DNA of 63,820 nucleotides, filler included, from 5 parts of 5 records of this genome joined end to end with filler, not necessarily neighbours in it, one strand, 5' to 3'. Counted from the first letter of the whole stretch, positions 32,348-43,352 are shown. The notes: a model not told the origin generated them from the letters alone. Program-made: numbers and translations.

Positions 32348-33112
32348 TCAGCTTTCGCCGTTGCCAGTGCGGTTCTGCGAAAGGCGACTGGCAGAGGCCC
32401 GCACAAGGTCAAGGGCCTTCTGCTGATCGCTTTCAACTGAACGATCAAGACGAGCGGTATAGGGGCAGGTGATGACGGCCATGACCGAGCCAAGCGGGCC
32501 CATGACCGGGGCTGTAAGGTTGGTTACGCCGGTAATCTGTTCACTGGCGGTCACGGCATATCCATCTTCCTGAATGCGTGGCAGACGCGCCGCGATATCT
32601 GTTGTCAGTGTTTCTCCGGCACCTTTCAGCATCAAGGCGCGGTTCTCCGGAGATGAAAACGCCAGAAAGACAAGCCCGGAACCCGTTGTTGTCAAACCCA
32701 GCCTTGTACCGACACGCACCGCAAGGCTCCAGTAGCTCGGGGCATCCACCTGCGCCACCACGACGGCGGCCGAGCGATCAAACACCACAAGATGGCAGGA
32801 CTGGCCGGAATCGTGAGCGACTTGTTGCAGATGCGGTATCGACTGGTTGACGAGGCGCCGAAGCGGCGGGCGCGTATGCACCAGCTCGAACATCTTCAGC
32901 GTAATTTCGTAACGATCCTCGCGGGTACGGCGGATATAGTCGCGGCGAACCAGCCGGTCGAGCATACGGTAAATTTCATTCGGCGTGCGTGATAAAGCCT
33001 TGGCGATTTCGGCCTGGCTCAGTGAGCCTTCCGTTTCCGCCAGCAGCTCAAAAATATCGAGGCCCTTATCAAGTGCAGGCGCGCGATAACGATCGGAATC
33101 ATCTGTGGTCAT
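32348..33112 (-). CDS. IclR family regulator
   Basis: YRAPALDKGLDIFELL HTH; G.R......GSG.VFLAF effector domain. Confidence 0.93.
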   Translation of the reverse strand: MTTDDSDRYRAPALDKGLDIFELLAETEGSLSQAEIAKALSRTPNEIYRMLDRLVRRDYIRRTREDRYEITLKMFELVHTRPPLRRLVNQSIPHLQQVAHDSGQSCHLVVFDRSAAVVVAQVDAPSYWSLAVRVGTRLGLTTTGSGLVFLAFSSPENRALMLKGAGETLTTDIAARLPRIQEDGYAVTASEQITGVTNLTAPVMGPLGSVMAVITCPYTARLDRSVESDQQKALDLVRASASRLSQNRTGNGES

Positions 33113-33234
33113 TCTCTCTTCTCCTGCCTGCTCATAACCCAAAGACCGGCTTCTGTCCGGCCCTCATTTTGACGGCGCTTCCGCGAAGCGACCTAAATAT
33201 TGCGACCGGGCGTTGACGAATTGTCAATTCTCAT

Positions 33235-33267
33235 GCTTATATACAAATACTCTTTTCAAATATGGAT
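33235..33267. promoter_or_regulatory. tandem 14-bp palindromes, candidate IclR operator
   Basis: GCTTATATACAAAT and TTTCAAATATGGAT, 19-bp period; downstream of TTGACG in the IclR/SBP divergent gap. Confidence 0.55.
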
Positions 33268-33316
33268 GATCAAGTCTTTTCTGGCTTGGCGTTTGAAAAG
33301 GATCGAGGAGGAAAAA

Positions 33317-34645
33317 ATGGCATTGAAACCGTTAAGGACACTGCTGGTCGCCTGCTGCGCGGTTAGCGGGCTGGCTGTTACCGCCAACGCCCAGGAGTTC
33401 GATTATGGAAGTTTCCCGGACTACACGCTGAAGGTCAAACTCATCGGCGGCACCCAGTATGAGAAACTTTATACCCGCATTCCCGAGTGGGAGGAGATGA
33501 CGGGTGCGCAAGTCGAAATCGTGTCATCGAAAAACCATTTCGATCTCGACCGTGAGATCAAGCAGGATATTGCTACCGGCTCGGTCTCGTGGTGTGTTGG
33601 TTCCAATCATACCAGTTTTGCGCCGCAATATGGCAGCCTTTACATTGACCTTTCAGAGCATATCCCGCAGTCCGAACTCGACAAATATGTTCCCGGCACA
33701 CTGGAATCGGCAAAAGTTGACGGCCGTCTTGTGCAGTTGCCGCGTGTAACGGACGTTTCGAATCTATATTACCGCAAGAGCCTTTATCAGGATCCGGCCA
33801 ACCAGGAAGCCTGGAAAGAACAATACGGTACTGATCTGGCTCCGCCGAAAACCTATGATGAATTCCGTGACCAGGTGATCTTCTTCGCCGATCCGCCGAA
33901 CCTTTACGGCACGGCCTTTGCTGGCAAGGACGAGGGTATGTCCGGCCGTTTCATGGAAATTCTTCGTGCCAATGGCGGTGACATTTTCGATGAAGATCTG
34001 AGGCCGATTTTCAACTCCGAAGCCGGTGTCGAGGCACTCCAGTGGTTTGTTGATGTTTATAATGCCGGTGCTGTTCCTGCCGGTACTGTCAACTATACAT
34101 GGGATGATATCGGTCAGGCCATGGCTGCCGGTCAGCTGGCCATCGATCTTGACTGGCCGGGCTTTGCTGCCTTCTTCGCCGATCCTGAAGCCTCCAAGAT
34201 TTCCGATGATCTGGGCTATGCGGTTGCCCCTGTCGGCTCATCTGGCAAGCGTGGCGGCTGGTCCGGTTCGCACTCCTTCTCGGTCACGGAAGACTGCGAC
34301 AACAAGGCTGCCGGTGTTTCCTTTGCTGTCTTCATGACCAATGACGAGAGCGAACTGATGGAAGCCAAGTCCGGTAACCTGCCGACCCGAACGGCAACCT
34401 ATGACGAGGTCATCACCTGGTTTAATGAGAACGGCAAGGAAAACCTCGCCGAGATGTTTGTGGTCTGGCAGGAATCACTTGCCGATGCCCGCACGCCGCC
34501 GCTGATTGCAGAATGGATTCAGGTGTCAAACGTCTTGTGGCCTGAGCTTCAGGCGGCGATTGTGGGTGAGAAAACCCCTCAGGAAGCACTGGACGATGCG
34601 GCTGAGGAAGCCACCTACATCATGCAGGATGCTGGCTATTACTAG
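33317..34645 (+). CDS. carbohydrate ABC transporter (CUT1) substrate-binding protein
   Basis: Signal peptide ending ANA-Q; GAGGAG RBS; followed by two permeases. Confidence 0.93.
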   Translation: MALKPLRTLLVACCAVSGLAVTANAQEFDYGSFPDYTLKVKLIGGTQYEKLYTRIPEWEEMTGAQVEIVSSKNHFDLDREIKQDIATGSVSWCVGSNHTSFAPQYGSLYIDLSEHIPQSELDKYVPGTLESAKVDGRLVQLPRVTDVSNLYYRKSLYQDPANQEAWKEQYGTDLAPPKTYDEFRDQVIFFADPPNLYGTAFAGKDEGMSGRFMEILRANGGDIFDEDLRPIFNSEAGVEALQWFVDVYNAGAVPAGTVNYTWDDIGQAMAAGQLAIDLDWPGFAAFFADPEASKISDDLGYAVAPVGSSGKRGGWSGSHSFSVTEDCDNKAAGVSFAVFMTNDESELMEAKSGNLPTRTATYDEVITWFNENGKENLAEMFVVWQESLADARTPPLIAEWIQVSNVLWPELQAAIVGEKTPQEALDDAAEEATYIMQDAGYY

Positions 34646-34743
34646 ATACCTGCTTTGATTTTGCCACCGGCCTCTGGCGGCCGGTGGCTCTTACTGGCCT
34701 GAAGGCCGATCCCCATCCTTTTGCGAATACTGATAGGCGTGAC

Positions 34744-35646
34744 ATGAAGTTTCTCAGGTCGCCACGGGCGACGCCGTATCTATTGCTGCTTCCAGCAATT
34801 GTTGTCATTCTGGCTGTGGTGCTTGTGCCGCTCGTCGTTTCGTTCTGGACAAGCTTCACCAGCTACAATCTCGTGCGTCCGCATACCCTGTTTAATTTTG
34901 TGGGCCTGCGCAACTATGAACGTCTGATGGGGGATGATGATTTCTGGTGGGCGTTCGGTCGCACCGTGATGTTCATCACCATCACGCTCAATCTTGAAAT
35001 GGTGATGGGCCTGGGTTTGGCACTTCTGGTGAACAAGATCACCTGGGGGCAGCGCACATTGCGTACCATCATGATGTTCCCGATGATGTTTTCACCCATC
35101 CTTGTCGGGTTCCAGTTCAAATACCTGTTCAATGATTCCGTCGGTCTGGTGAACAATGCGCTGTTCTCGCTCAATCTCATCGACAAGCCGATACCCTGGC
35201 TCGTGAATGGGTGGCTGGCGAATTTCTCAATCATCGTTGCGGAAATGTGGATGTCGACGTCGATCTTCGCGATCCTTTTGATGGCCGGCCTTCTGGCAAT
35301 GCCGAAAGACCCGATCGAAGCTGCCCGCGTCGATGGCTGCAACGCCGTTCAGGTTTTCCGCCACATTACATTGCCGTTTTTGATGCCGTTCATCTGGATT
35401 GCGATGACGATCCGTTCGCTCGATGTCGCCCGCGCCTATGACATGGTGAAGATCATGACCAATGGCGGTCCGGCAGGCCGGACCGAACTGATCTGGACGC
35501 TGATGACACGCACCGGATACCAGAACTCGCAAATGGGGATGGCCAATGCCATGGGTTACATATCCATTCTGCTTTCCATTGCATTCACCATCATTTTCTA
35601 CCGCAACCTAGCCAAGTCGCGGCTGTTCATGGGAGGCGCACAATGA
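34744..35646 (+). CDS. CUT1 ABC permease 1
   Basis: FVGLRNY; EAARVDG EAA loop. Confidence 0.95.
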   Translation: MKFLRSPRATPYLLLLPAIVVILAVVLVPLVVSFWTSFTSYNLVRPHTLFNFVGLRNYERLMGDDDFWWAFGRTVMFITITLNLEMVMGLGLALLVNKITWGQRTLRTIMMFPMMFSPILVGFQFKYLFNDSVGLVNNALFSLNLIDKPIPWLVNGWLANFSIIVAEMWMSTSIFAILLMAGLLAMPKDPIEAARVDGCNAVQVFRHITLPFLMPFIWIAMTIRSLDVARAYDMVKIMTNGGPAGRTELIWTLMTRTGYQNSQMGMANAMGYISILLSIAFTIIFYRNLAKSRLFMGGAQ

Positions 35647-36500
35647 GCGCGAAGTCCATTGAAAAACCCTGGCAGCGCTGGCTTTTGTGGATCACGCTGT
35701 TTATCGCCATGGCGATCCTTGTCGTGCCCGGAGCCTGGGTGGTGATGACCGCTTTTCGCCCCAATGTCGAGGTTATGGCGCAGCCGCCAATCTGGATTCC
35801 TGAAAAGTGGACGCTGAATAATTTCCTCGGCATCTTCGGTCTTCTGCCGGAACGACAGCAGGGCCTGCCGGTTGCCAACTACTTCATCAATTCGCTGGTG
35901 ATTTCTCTGACCTCGACCTTTGTCGCGATCTTTATCGGTATGATGGGCGGCTATGCGTTTGCCCGCTATCGCTTCAGGGGCAAGGGCGCCTTGTTCCTCT
36001 CCTTCATGCTGTCGCGCACGGTTCCGGGCGTGGCGCTGTCGCTGCCGCTTTTCATTCTGTGGAGCCGGATCGGCCTGATCGATACGAAGTTCGGCCTGAT
36101 CCTCGTTTATATGGCGATCAATATCCCGTTCACGATCTGGCTGACGGATGGCTTCTTCCGGCAGATTCCGGCGGACCTTTCCGAAGCCGCTCAGATTGAC
36201 GGCTGCACCCGCTGGCAGGCCTTCTGGAAGGTTGAATTTCCGCTCGCCCGTTCGGGGCTTGCTTCAGCCGGTATATTTGCCTTTCTGACAGCGTGGAACG
36301 AGTTTGCACTGGCAAGCCAGTTGACCCGTACAACTGCTTCAAAAACCATGCCGGTCGGGCTGATGGATTTTACTGCCCAGTTCACCGTCGATTGGACCGG
36401 CATGAGCGCCATGGCCGTTATGATCATCATCCCGGCGCTCATTCTCACCTTCATTGTACAAAAGCATCTGATTGCCGGACTGACGTTCGGTGGTGTGAAA
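35643..36500 (+). CDS. CUT1 ABC permease 2 (last codons cut by contig end)
   Basis: [23 protein letters not shown] at the edge. Confidence 0.95.
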
Positions 36501-36600
36501 NNNNNNNNNNNNNNNNNNNNNNNNNNNNNNNNNNNNNNNNNNNNTTAATTAATTAANNNNNNNNNNNNNNNNNNNNNNNNNNNNNNNNNNNNNNNNNNNN
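36501..36600. other. artificial contig linker
   Basis: N44-TTAATTAATTAA-N44. Confidence 0.99.
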
Positions 36601-37190
36601 GCTTCCACTTGGTCGTGGGTCACATAGATGATGGTGTTGTTGACCCGTTTGTGGAGCTTCTTGATCTCTGTGCGCATTTGCACGCGCAATTTGGCGTCCA
36701 GATTGGACAGCGGCTCATCGAAAAGGAACACATCGGGGTTTCTTACAATGGCACGCCCCATGGCCACGCGTTGGCGTTGCCCGCCAGACAATTCAGCCGG
36801 CAAACGGTCCATCAACATGCCAAGGCCAAGAATTTCGGCTGCTTCTTCAACCCGTTTGTTGATTTCGCTGTCGCTATGCTTGGCAATCTTTAGGCCAAAT
36901 CCCAAATTGTCGCGCACCGTCATATGCGGATAAAGCGCATAGTTTTGGAACACCATTGAGATGTTGCGATCACGCGGCGGCAATTTGTTGACAACGCGGT
37001 CACCAATTACAATTTTGCCGTCAGAAATCTCTTCCAACCCTGCAATCATGCGCAAAGTTGTGGATTTGCCGCAGCCAGACGGGCCGACCAAAACAACAAA
37101 TTCTGAGTGGCGAATTTCGAGGTCAATTGCATGAACAACTTCAAGCTGGCCATAGCGTTTAACAACTTGCTGGAGTGATACTTCAGTCAT
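36601..37190 (-). CDS. CUT1 ABC ATP-binding protein (MalK/UgpC-like), 3' truncated
   Basis: [31 protein letters not shown]. Confidence 0.96.
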
Positions 37191-37192
37191 TT

Positions 37193-38038
37193 TTATCCCT
37201 TTACGCCGCCAAATGTGAGGCCTGCAATGAGGTGTTTTTGTACGATAAATGTCAGAATGAGTGCTGGCGTGATGATGATAAATGCCATCGCACACATGCC
37301 GGCCCAGTCTGTCGTGAATTGGGCGATAAAATCGGTGAGGCCCACAGGCAATGTTTTGCTGTTTGTGGAGCGCGTCAGATTACTGGCCAGTGCAAATTCG
37401 TTCCAACTGGTGAGGAAAGCGAAAATACCGGCTGAAGCAATGCCCGACTTGGCCAATGGAAATTCAATTTTCCAAAATGCCTGCCAACGGGTGCATCCAT
37501 CCACTTCGGCTGCTTCGGCCAATTCCTTCGGGATTTGCCGGAAAAAACCGTCAATCAACCAAATGGTGAACGGCACATTGAGCGCGACATAAACAAGGAT
37601 CAAGCCAAACTGGGTGTCGATCCACCCCAAGCGGGCCCAGACGATAAAGACAGGCAAGCTAAGGGCAATGCCCGGCACCGTGCGCGACAGCATCAAGCCC
37701 AAAAACAGCGTGTCTTTGAATTTAAAGCGATAGCGGGCGAAAGCGTAACCGCCAGAGATGCCGACAATGATCGCGATTGCCGTGCTTGTGGTTGCTATGA
37801 TGATCGAATTACGGAAATAGGCCAAAACCGGGATTGCGATTTGTGTTTCACCAATGCCGAAGATCGCTCGAAAATTATCGAGTGTAAGGCGTTGCGGAAT
37901 CCAAATGGCAGGCTTAGCCAAAATTTCCTGTAGCGGGCGGAAGCCAGATAAAATAACCCAAAGACCAGGTGTTGTGATGATCAACATCACGATGAATGTG
38001 ACAACCCAACTGATAATGGATTTTGTTTGCGTACTCAT
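37193..38038 (-). CDS. CUT1 ABC permease 2
   Basis: EAAEVDG; close homologue of 35643-36500. Confidence 0.95.
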   Translation of the reverse strand: MSTQTKSIISWVVTFIVMLIITTPGLWVILSGFRPLQEILAKPAIWIPQRLTLDNFRAIFGIGETQIAIPVLAYFRNSIIIATTSTAIAIIVGISGGYAFARYRFKFKDTLFLGLMLSRTVPGIALSLPVFIVWARLGWIDTQFGLILVYVALNVPFTIWLIDGFFRQIPKELAEAAEVDGCTRWQAFWKIEFPLAKSGIASAGIFAFLTSWNEFALASNLTRSTNSKTLPVGLTDFIAQFTTDWAGMCAMAFIIITPALILTFIVQKHLIAGLTFGGVKG

Positions 38039-38961
38039 TATTGTGCGCCTCCCATATAACGCCGGGCTGCAACGAGCTTTGAGAAGAAATAGTAAGTGAA
38101 GGCGATCGACAGGATGATGGAGACATAGGCCATTGCGTTGGCCATGCCCATATTTGCACTGTCATAACCTGTGCGGGCAATAAGCGTCCAAAGCAGCTCT
38201 GTGCGCCCTGCTGGGCCGCCGCCTGTCATTGTGTCCACCACATCATAGGCGCGCGCCACATCAAGCGACCGAATGGTCATTGCGATGTAAGCAAAGGGCA
38301 TGAGAAATGGCAGCGTGATGTGGCGGAATGTTTGCCACGCATTGCAACCATCGACCTGCGCCGCTTCCAGCGGGTCTTTGGGCATGGCGAAAAGCCCGGC
38401 CAGCAACAGGATGGCGAAGATGCTGGTGCTCATCCAAATTTCAGCAAAGGCAATTGCCCCCATGGCCAGCCAGCCATCAACTAGCCATGGAATGGCAGCG
38501 TCGGTGATGCCCAAAGCCTGCAACGCATTGTTGAGAATGCCCACATTGTCGTTAAAGATAAATTTGAACTGGAACCCCACTAGGATGGGTGAAAACATCA
38601 TGGGGAACATCATAATGGTGCGCATTGTGCGCTGGCCCCAGGTGACCTTATTGATCAAGAGCGCGATGCCCAGACCCAAAAGAAACTCAAGATTTATCAC
38701 AACCGCGAGAAAGCCAACGGTGCGGAAAAATGCTACCCAGAAATCCCAGTCGCTGAAAATACGCACATAGTTTCTGAAGCCAACAATCTTAAACAAAGTG
38801 TCGGGCCGCGTTAGCTTATATCCGGTAAAACTTGTGTAGAGCGAGAAGATCAACGGAAACAGCACCACGATCAAAATCATGATCACTGCAGGCAACAGCA
38901 ACACATAGGGTGTAGCTTGCTCCGAGAACATCTTCCTTTTTATGTTCGTCAAAACTGACAT
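38038..38961 (-). CDS. CUT1 ABC permease 1
   Basis: EAAQVDG; close homologue of 34744-35646. Confidence 0.95.
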   Translation of the reverse strand: MSVLTNIKRKMFSEQATPYVLLLPAVIMILIVVLFPLIFSLYTSFTGYKLTRPDTLFKIVGFRNYVRIFSDWDFWVAFFRTVGFLAVVINLEFLLGLGIALLINKVTWGQRTMRTIMMFPMMFSPILVGFQFKFIFNDNVGILNNALQALGITDAAIPWLVDGWLAMGAIAFAEIWMSTSIFAILLLAGLFAMPKDPLEAAQVDGCNAWQTFRHITLPFLMPFAYIAMTIRSLDVARAYDVVDTMTGGGPAGRTELLWTLIARTGYDSANMGMANAMAYVSIILSIAFTYYFFSKLVAARRYMGGAQ

Positions 38962-38997
38962 GTTTTCTCCAACAACCTATTTGCCATGTGGCAAGTT

Positions 38998-39019
38998 GAG
39001 TGGGGTCGAAACCCCACTC
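38998..39019 (-). other. intercistronic stem-loop after SBP gene
   Basis: GAGTGGGGT-CGAA-ACCCCACTC. Confidence 0.6.
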
Positions 39020-39044
39020 TCGGTTTAAAGGCTATGCGAAACGC

Positions 39045-40361
39045 TTAGCTTTCGTCTTCAATGAGTTGGTTTGCAGCCGCTGCGGCGTCATCCAGCGCTT
39101 GTTGTGCTGTTTTTTCGCCTACGATTGCTGCCTGCAATTGAGGGAACAACTCGTTTGAGATTGGAATCCACAAATGTGTCGGCGGAACTGCAAATGCATC
39201 TTCAGCCATTGATGTGCCGAAGGTTTCAAACACATGCACCAACCAATCGTCACCTTTTGCTTTAGATTCCTCAATGATCGCTTCTAGGGCATCAGGACGC
39301 GTTGGCAACAAGCCGGTGCGCGCCTCAACCATTTGGCTATCAAAGTTGGTAAGGAAGGTGATGAAAGACGCTGCAGCTTGCTTGTTGTCACACGCTTCAG
39401 TGATGGAGAATGAGTGTGAGCCAGACCAACCGGTGCGCTTGCCGCTTGAGCCTTTTGGCGCGCGGATCAAGCCAACATCGCCCTGGATTTTGCTGTCTGC
39501 ACTGTTGAAGAATGATGCCCAGCCGCCCCAGTCAAGGCTTAGAGCAACGGTGCCTGAGGCAAAGCCTAGACCCGTTTCATCCCAAAGATAGTTTGGCACG
39601 CCTGCAGGAACCGCTTTGGCTTCATAAAGGTCGACGAACCATTGTAGCGCCCGCACGCCTTCTTCTGAGTTGAAAGCAACTTTGCCGTCACTTCCAAAGA
39701 AGCTGCCGCCCTCTGCAACCAACATTTCATAGAAGCGCCCGGAGATGCCTTCGTCTTTACCCACATATTGGGTGCCATAGAAGTTTGGCGGATCTGCGAA
39801 GAAGATCGCCTGATCTTTCGCCTGGTCCCAGGTCTCTGGTGGCGCCAGATCATAGCCATATTCGGCTTTAAAATCTGCTTGGTTCTTCTCGTCCTCATAA
39901 ATAGATTTGATGTAATAAAGGTTCGACACATCAGAGTGACGCGCCAATTGTACCAAGCGGCCATCGACGGTGCTGGCCTTGTTCACATTGTCAGAAATGC
40001 TGCCAATCACATCGTCTGGCAGAATTACGTTCAAGTCGACATAGAGCGAACCATATTGTGGGGCAAAGCTGGTGTGGTTTGAACCAACGCACCAATTGAT
40101 TGAGCCTGACGCAATATCCTGTTTGATTTCACGATCTAGTTCGAAGTGGTTTTTCCGTGAAAGGATTTCCACTTTGGCGCCTGTTGCCGCCTCCCATTCG
40201 GGGATACGCGTATATAGCGGCTCATATTGTGCGCCACCGATCAGTTTTACACGCAGTGTGTATCCGTCAAATTCGCCAGCGCTTGCGCCGCCTGCGAACA
40301 TGGTGACCGCCGTAGCACCTGCTAATAGTGCGGTCGATAGTTTACTAAACAATCCCATCAT
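39045..40361 (-). CDS. CUT1 substrate-binding protein
   Basis: Signal peptide; shares KLIGG.QYE.LYTRIPEWE and WCVGSNHTSFAPQYGSLY with 33317-34645. Confidence 0.93.
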   Translation of the reverse strand: MMGLFSKLSTALLAGATAVTMFAGGASAGEFDGYTLRVKLIGGAQYEPLYTRIPEWEAATGAKVEILSRKNHFELDREIKQDIASGSINWCVGSNHTSFAPQYGSLYVDLNVILPDDVIGSISDNVNKASTVDGRLVQLARHSDVSNLYYIKSIYEDEKNQADFKAEYGYDLAPPETWDQAKDQAIFFADPPNFYGTQYVGKDEGISGRFYEMLVAEGGSFFGSDGKVAFNSEEGVRALQWFVDLYEAKAVPAGVPNYLWDETGLGFASGTVALSLDWGGWASFFNSADSKIQGDVGLIRAPKGSSGKRTGWSGSHSFSITEACDNKQAAASFITFLTNFDSQMVEARTGLLPTRPDALEAIIEESKAKGDDWLVHVFETFGTSMAEDAFAVPPTHLWIPISNELFPQLQAAIVGEKTAQQALDDAAAAANQLIEDES

Positions 40362-40385
40362 TTCCTCCCTTGGTGATAGATTGAA

Positions 40386-41567
40386 TTAGACCTCCATGAG
40401 ATTGAACTCACAGTTAATTTCGGCATTGTGCTCGCCAATTGACGGCGCGGGCCGAGAGCTCTTCAACACGTCGCCATTGACGCGAATTGGAGAGCGAATT
40501 GCTTTCATGGAATGACCTTCCCCAAGGTCGAGATCTTGGAAGAAGTCCAGATTTTTGAAGCTTGTAGATTTGAAAAGCTGCGGCCAGTCCAAAACCTCAG
40601 ACGCCCACACATCGTGGGCCACAAAGATCTCCATCCAATGGTTGGTGGTTTGCGTTTTCAAATGGTCTGCCAAAATGGTTTTGATCTCGTCGCGCTGCTC
40701 AAACCATTGTTTTTCATTGTCAAACGCAAGAAGCGCATCACAGCTTATGAACGCACCGAGCTTATCAACTGGGGTCATCGCAATGGCGATAAAGCCATCT
40801 TTGGTTTGATAAACCCCATAAGGCGCGGAAAGATATGCGTGCGCATTGTTCACTTCGCTGCGCTGCGGCAACCGCTTTTTCTCATCATTGAGATGGGTTG
40901 TGAGCACTTCGAATTGGAAATCGACCAATGCTTCCAGCAGGCTTGTTTGCACATGCACGCCCTGACCATTGCGGGCGCTTTTGATCAGTCCTGCCAAGAT
41001 GCCCTGCACGGCGATATTGCCTGCAAGCTGGTCTGCCACGGCCAAACCCATTGCCGTTGGCGTATCCTCCGCATTGCCGCTTAGCCAAAGCAGGCCAGAC
41101 CGCGCTTGGGCCAAGAGGTCTTGTCCCGGTAGGTTTTGCCAATCTCCCTCCTCGCCATAGCCAGATATAGAGGCATAAACGACCTTGGGATTTATCGCCT
41201 TGACCTGGTCATAGTCGAGGCCAAGCTTTTTCATAATTCCGGGTCGGAAATTTTGAATGATCACGTCTGCCTTTGCACAAAGTGCTTTAACGCGCTCAAG
41301 GTCTTCCGCATCTTTAAGATTCGCCGAATAGCTTTGCTTGTTGCGGTTGATTGCGTGAAAAAGTGTGTTCGCGCCATGCACCTCAACATCTGTCAGATAG
41401 AGATAGCGGCACAGGTCCCCGACTTCTGGCCGCTCCACTTTGATCACGCGCGCGCCCATATCTGCAAGCTTTAGACCTGCCAGTGGCCCAGCAAGGAACT
41501 GGGAAAAATCAACCACCAGCAGGCCATCCAGCATTCCTTTATCGTGGGTATCGATGGTTGGGGTCAT
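40386..41567 (-). CDS. CaiB/BaiF family III CoA-transferase
   Basis: QFLAGP, NRNKQS, QNFRPG, AVADQLAG; homologue of 27024-28187. Confidence 0.95.
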   Translation of the reverse strand: MTPTIDTHDKGMLDGLLVVDFSQFLAGPLAGLKLADMGARVIKVERPEVGDLCRYLYLTDVEVHGANTLFHAINRNKQSYSANLKDAEDLERVKALCAKADVIIQNFRPGIMKKLGLDYDQVKAINPKVVYASISGYGEEGDWQNLPGQDLLAQARSGLLWLSGNAEDTPTAMGLAVADQLAGNIAVQGILAGLIKSARNGQGVHVQTSLLEALVDFQFEVLTTHLNDEKKRLPQRSEVNNAHAYLSAPYGVYQTKDGFIAIAMTPVDKLGAFISCDALLAFDNEKQWFEQRDEIKTILADHLKTQTTNHWMEIFVAHDVWASEVLDWPQLFKSTSFKNLDFFQDLDLGEGHSMKAIRSPIRVNGDVLKSSRPAPSIGEHNAEINCEFNLMEV

Positions 41568-42703
41568 CGAAAGCTCCTTTGATAAAGGTCATTCACCTTC
41601 GCCGCGGCATCCGCTTCGGTAGTCTTGCCCATCAAGCAATCGCGCACCACGTCGCCCGCCACATCTTGAAAGCCCATATAGCCCTTATGGCGTGGGCGCA
41701 GATAAGATTTTTCAAGCGTTTCTAAGGTGTTCAGGAAGAAGTTGTCGGTCTGCTGATTGCAATCTTCGTTCAGCCAAGACCGCACATTTGCGGGCTGGCC
41801 ACCTGCTTGAAAGAAGGTACCGCTTTGGCATTCTTCAGACGCAATCCAAAATGCATATTGCAACGCAATGTCTTTGTGCTTGGTGCGCGCTGAAATGGCG
41901 ATGCCTGTTCCGCCAATTGGCGAGCCGATCGGCCCATTTCCCCCGAATGCGGGAATATTCGCCACCCGCACATGGTTTGGCCGGAAGCCTACGCGGGAAT
42001 AGTTGGTGTATCCATATAGATATGGGCAATATGAATGGCTGTTCCGGCAGGAAAGCCACTCATAGGCACCGATGGGATCAAGGTCAAAACTCTCGCGGGG
42101 CAAGTTGAGGCTCACCCGGCGCAGCTCAGACAGCGCGTCTGCGCCTACTTTTGGATCAACGCCAATATCTTCTTGGCCAAAGTCGCTGCCGATATTGGCC
42201 AATACATTGAAATAGCTCATCAAGGCATTGATCGGGATGAGCGGCCAGATCACTTTATTTGCCTCAGACAAAGCAACAACGTCATCCCATTTCTGCGGCG
42301 CCTGTTCCAGCAAGTCTGGCCGAAAGGCCGACACTGGGGTCGCCGCATCAATTGCTAAAGCCCATTGCTTCCCGTCAAAATTATAGGAAGGATGAGATAC
42401 GCCGCATGATTGCACTTCGAGCGTTTGAAGTTCAGCGTCATATCCTTGCCCATCAAACTGGAGCAACAGTCCTGTTGCGGCAATATCGCCAACATGGGGG
42501 TGATCGATAACCATCAGATCATATTCGTCGGCCATATCTTCAATTGGCCGATCAGCAAATGCCTGCAATGATCGCTTTTCCCAAACGATCCGAATTTTTT
42601 GGTCACTTTGATCAGCGAAAACCTCTGAGGTGACAACCATGGGATCAAATCCACGTGCGTGATCCCAAGTCATGCCTTTAAGTGTGGTGATCTCATTACT
42701 CAT
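41564..42703 (-). CDS. solute-binding-protein-fold protein without signal peptide
   Basis: [27 protein letters not shown]; homologue of 25897-27024. Confidence 0.85.
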   Translation of the reverse strand: MSNEITTLKGMTWDHARGFDPMVVTSEVFADQSDQKIRIVWEKRSLQAFADRPIEDMADEYDLMVIDHPHVGDIAATGLLLQFDGQGYDAELQTLEVQSCGVSHPSYNFDGKQWALAIDAATPVSAFRPDLLEQAPQKWDDVVALSEANKVIWPLIPINALMSYFNVLANIGSDFGQEDIGVDPKVGADALSELRRVSLNLPRESFDLDPIGAYEWLSCRNSHSYCPYLYGYTNYSRVGFRPNHVRVANIPAFGGNGPIGSPIGGTGIAISARTKHKDIALQYAFWIASEECQSGTFFQAGGQPANVRSWLNEDCNQQTDNFFLNTLETLEKSYLRPRHKGYMGFQDVAGDVVRDCLMGKTTEADAAAKVNDLYQRSFR

Positions 42704-43267
42704 TTACGAAATACCTGCTTGCCGGCTTTGGCTGCTCTTTTCGGGCTGCCCGTCTTTATATTTCACTGTCATCAAATGCTCGCAGTACAGCACTTGAACG
42801 CCCTCCTCCTTAAAGACGCTGTAGCTCACTTTAACGAGCCCCATATCGTCATATTTTGGTTCCTTGGAGAGGTTCTCGCGGATGGTGTAGATGGTGTCGC
42901 CAATAAACACTGGCTTGATGAAGCGCAGGCGGTCATAACCGTAGGAAAATGAATTTACGCAATTGGTGGCCGCCAAGCCGAGGCCATAAGAAAACACTTG
43001 CGCGCCAGCGACCAAGCGCTTCCCGAAAACACCTTCTTTTTCGGCAAAATGCTGATCTGCAACATAAGGGTGAAGATCCATCACCATCATGTTGAACTGC
43101 ATGGCCTCGCCCTCAGAAATCGTGCGACGCAAACTTCTTATTTTGTCGCCAACTTCAAAGTCTTCGTAATACCAATTTTCAGCGTTCCATACCGGGATAG
43201 AGCCATGCTCAGCTGGCATGTCTTCCTGCGGCCGAGCGTGTCCACCAATCTCAATTGCCATGCTCAT
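42704..43267 (-). CDS. MaoC family hot-dog protein (atypical catalytic motif)
   Basis: [45 protein letters not shown]. Confidence 0.9.
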   Translation of the reverse strand: MSMAIEIGGHARPQEDMPAEHGSIPVWNAENWYYEDFEVGDKIRSLRRTISEGEAMQFNMMVMDLHPYVADQHFAEKEGVFGKRLVAGAQVFSYGLGLAATNCVNSFSYGYDRLRFIKPVFIGDTIYTIRENLSKEPKYDDMGLVKVSYSVFKEEGVQVLYCEHLMTVKYKDGQPEKSSQSRQAGIS

Positions 43268-43302
43268 GTCCCTCCCAATTCTCAGCAACATAAGCTTGAC
43301 TA

Positions 43303-43335
43303 TTTCATATGTCAAATCTATTTTTATATACAAAA
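43303..43335. promoter_or_regulatory. tandem 14-bp palindromes, candidate IclR operator
   Basis: TTTCATATGTCAAA and TTTTATATACAAAA, 19-bp period, between the divergent MaoC genes; TTGACT just upstream. Confidence 0.55.
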
Positions 43336-43352
43336 GTATACAGGAGCGACCT

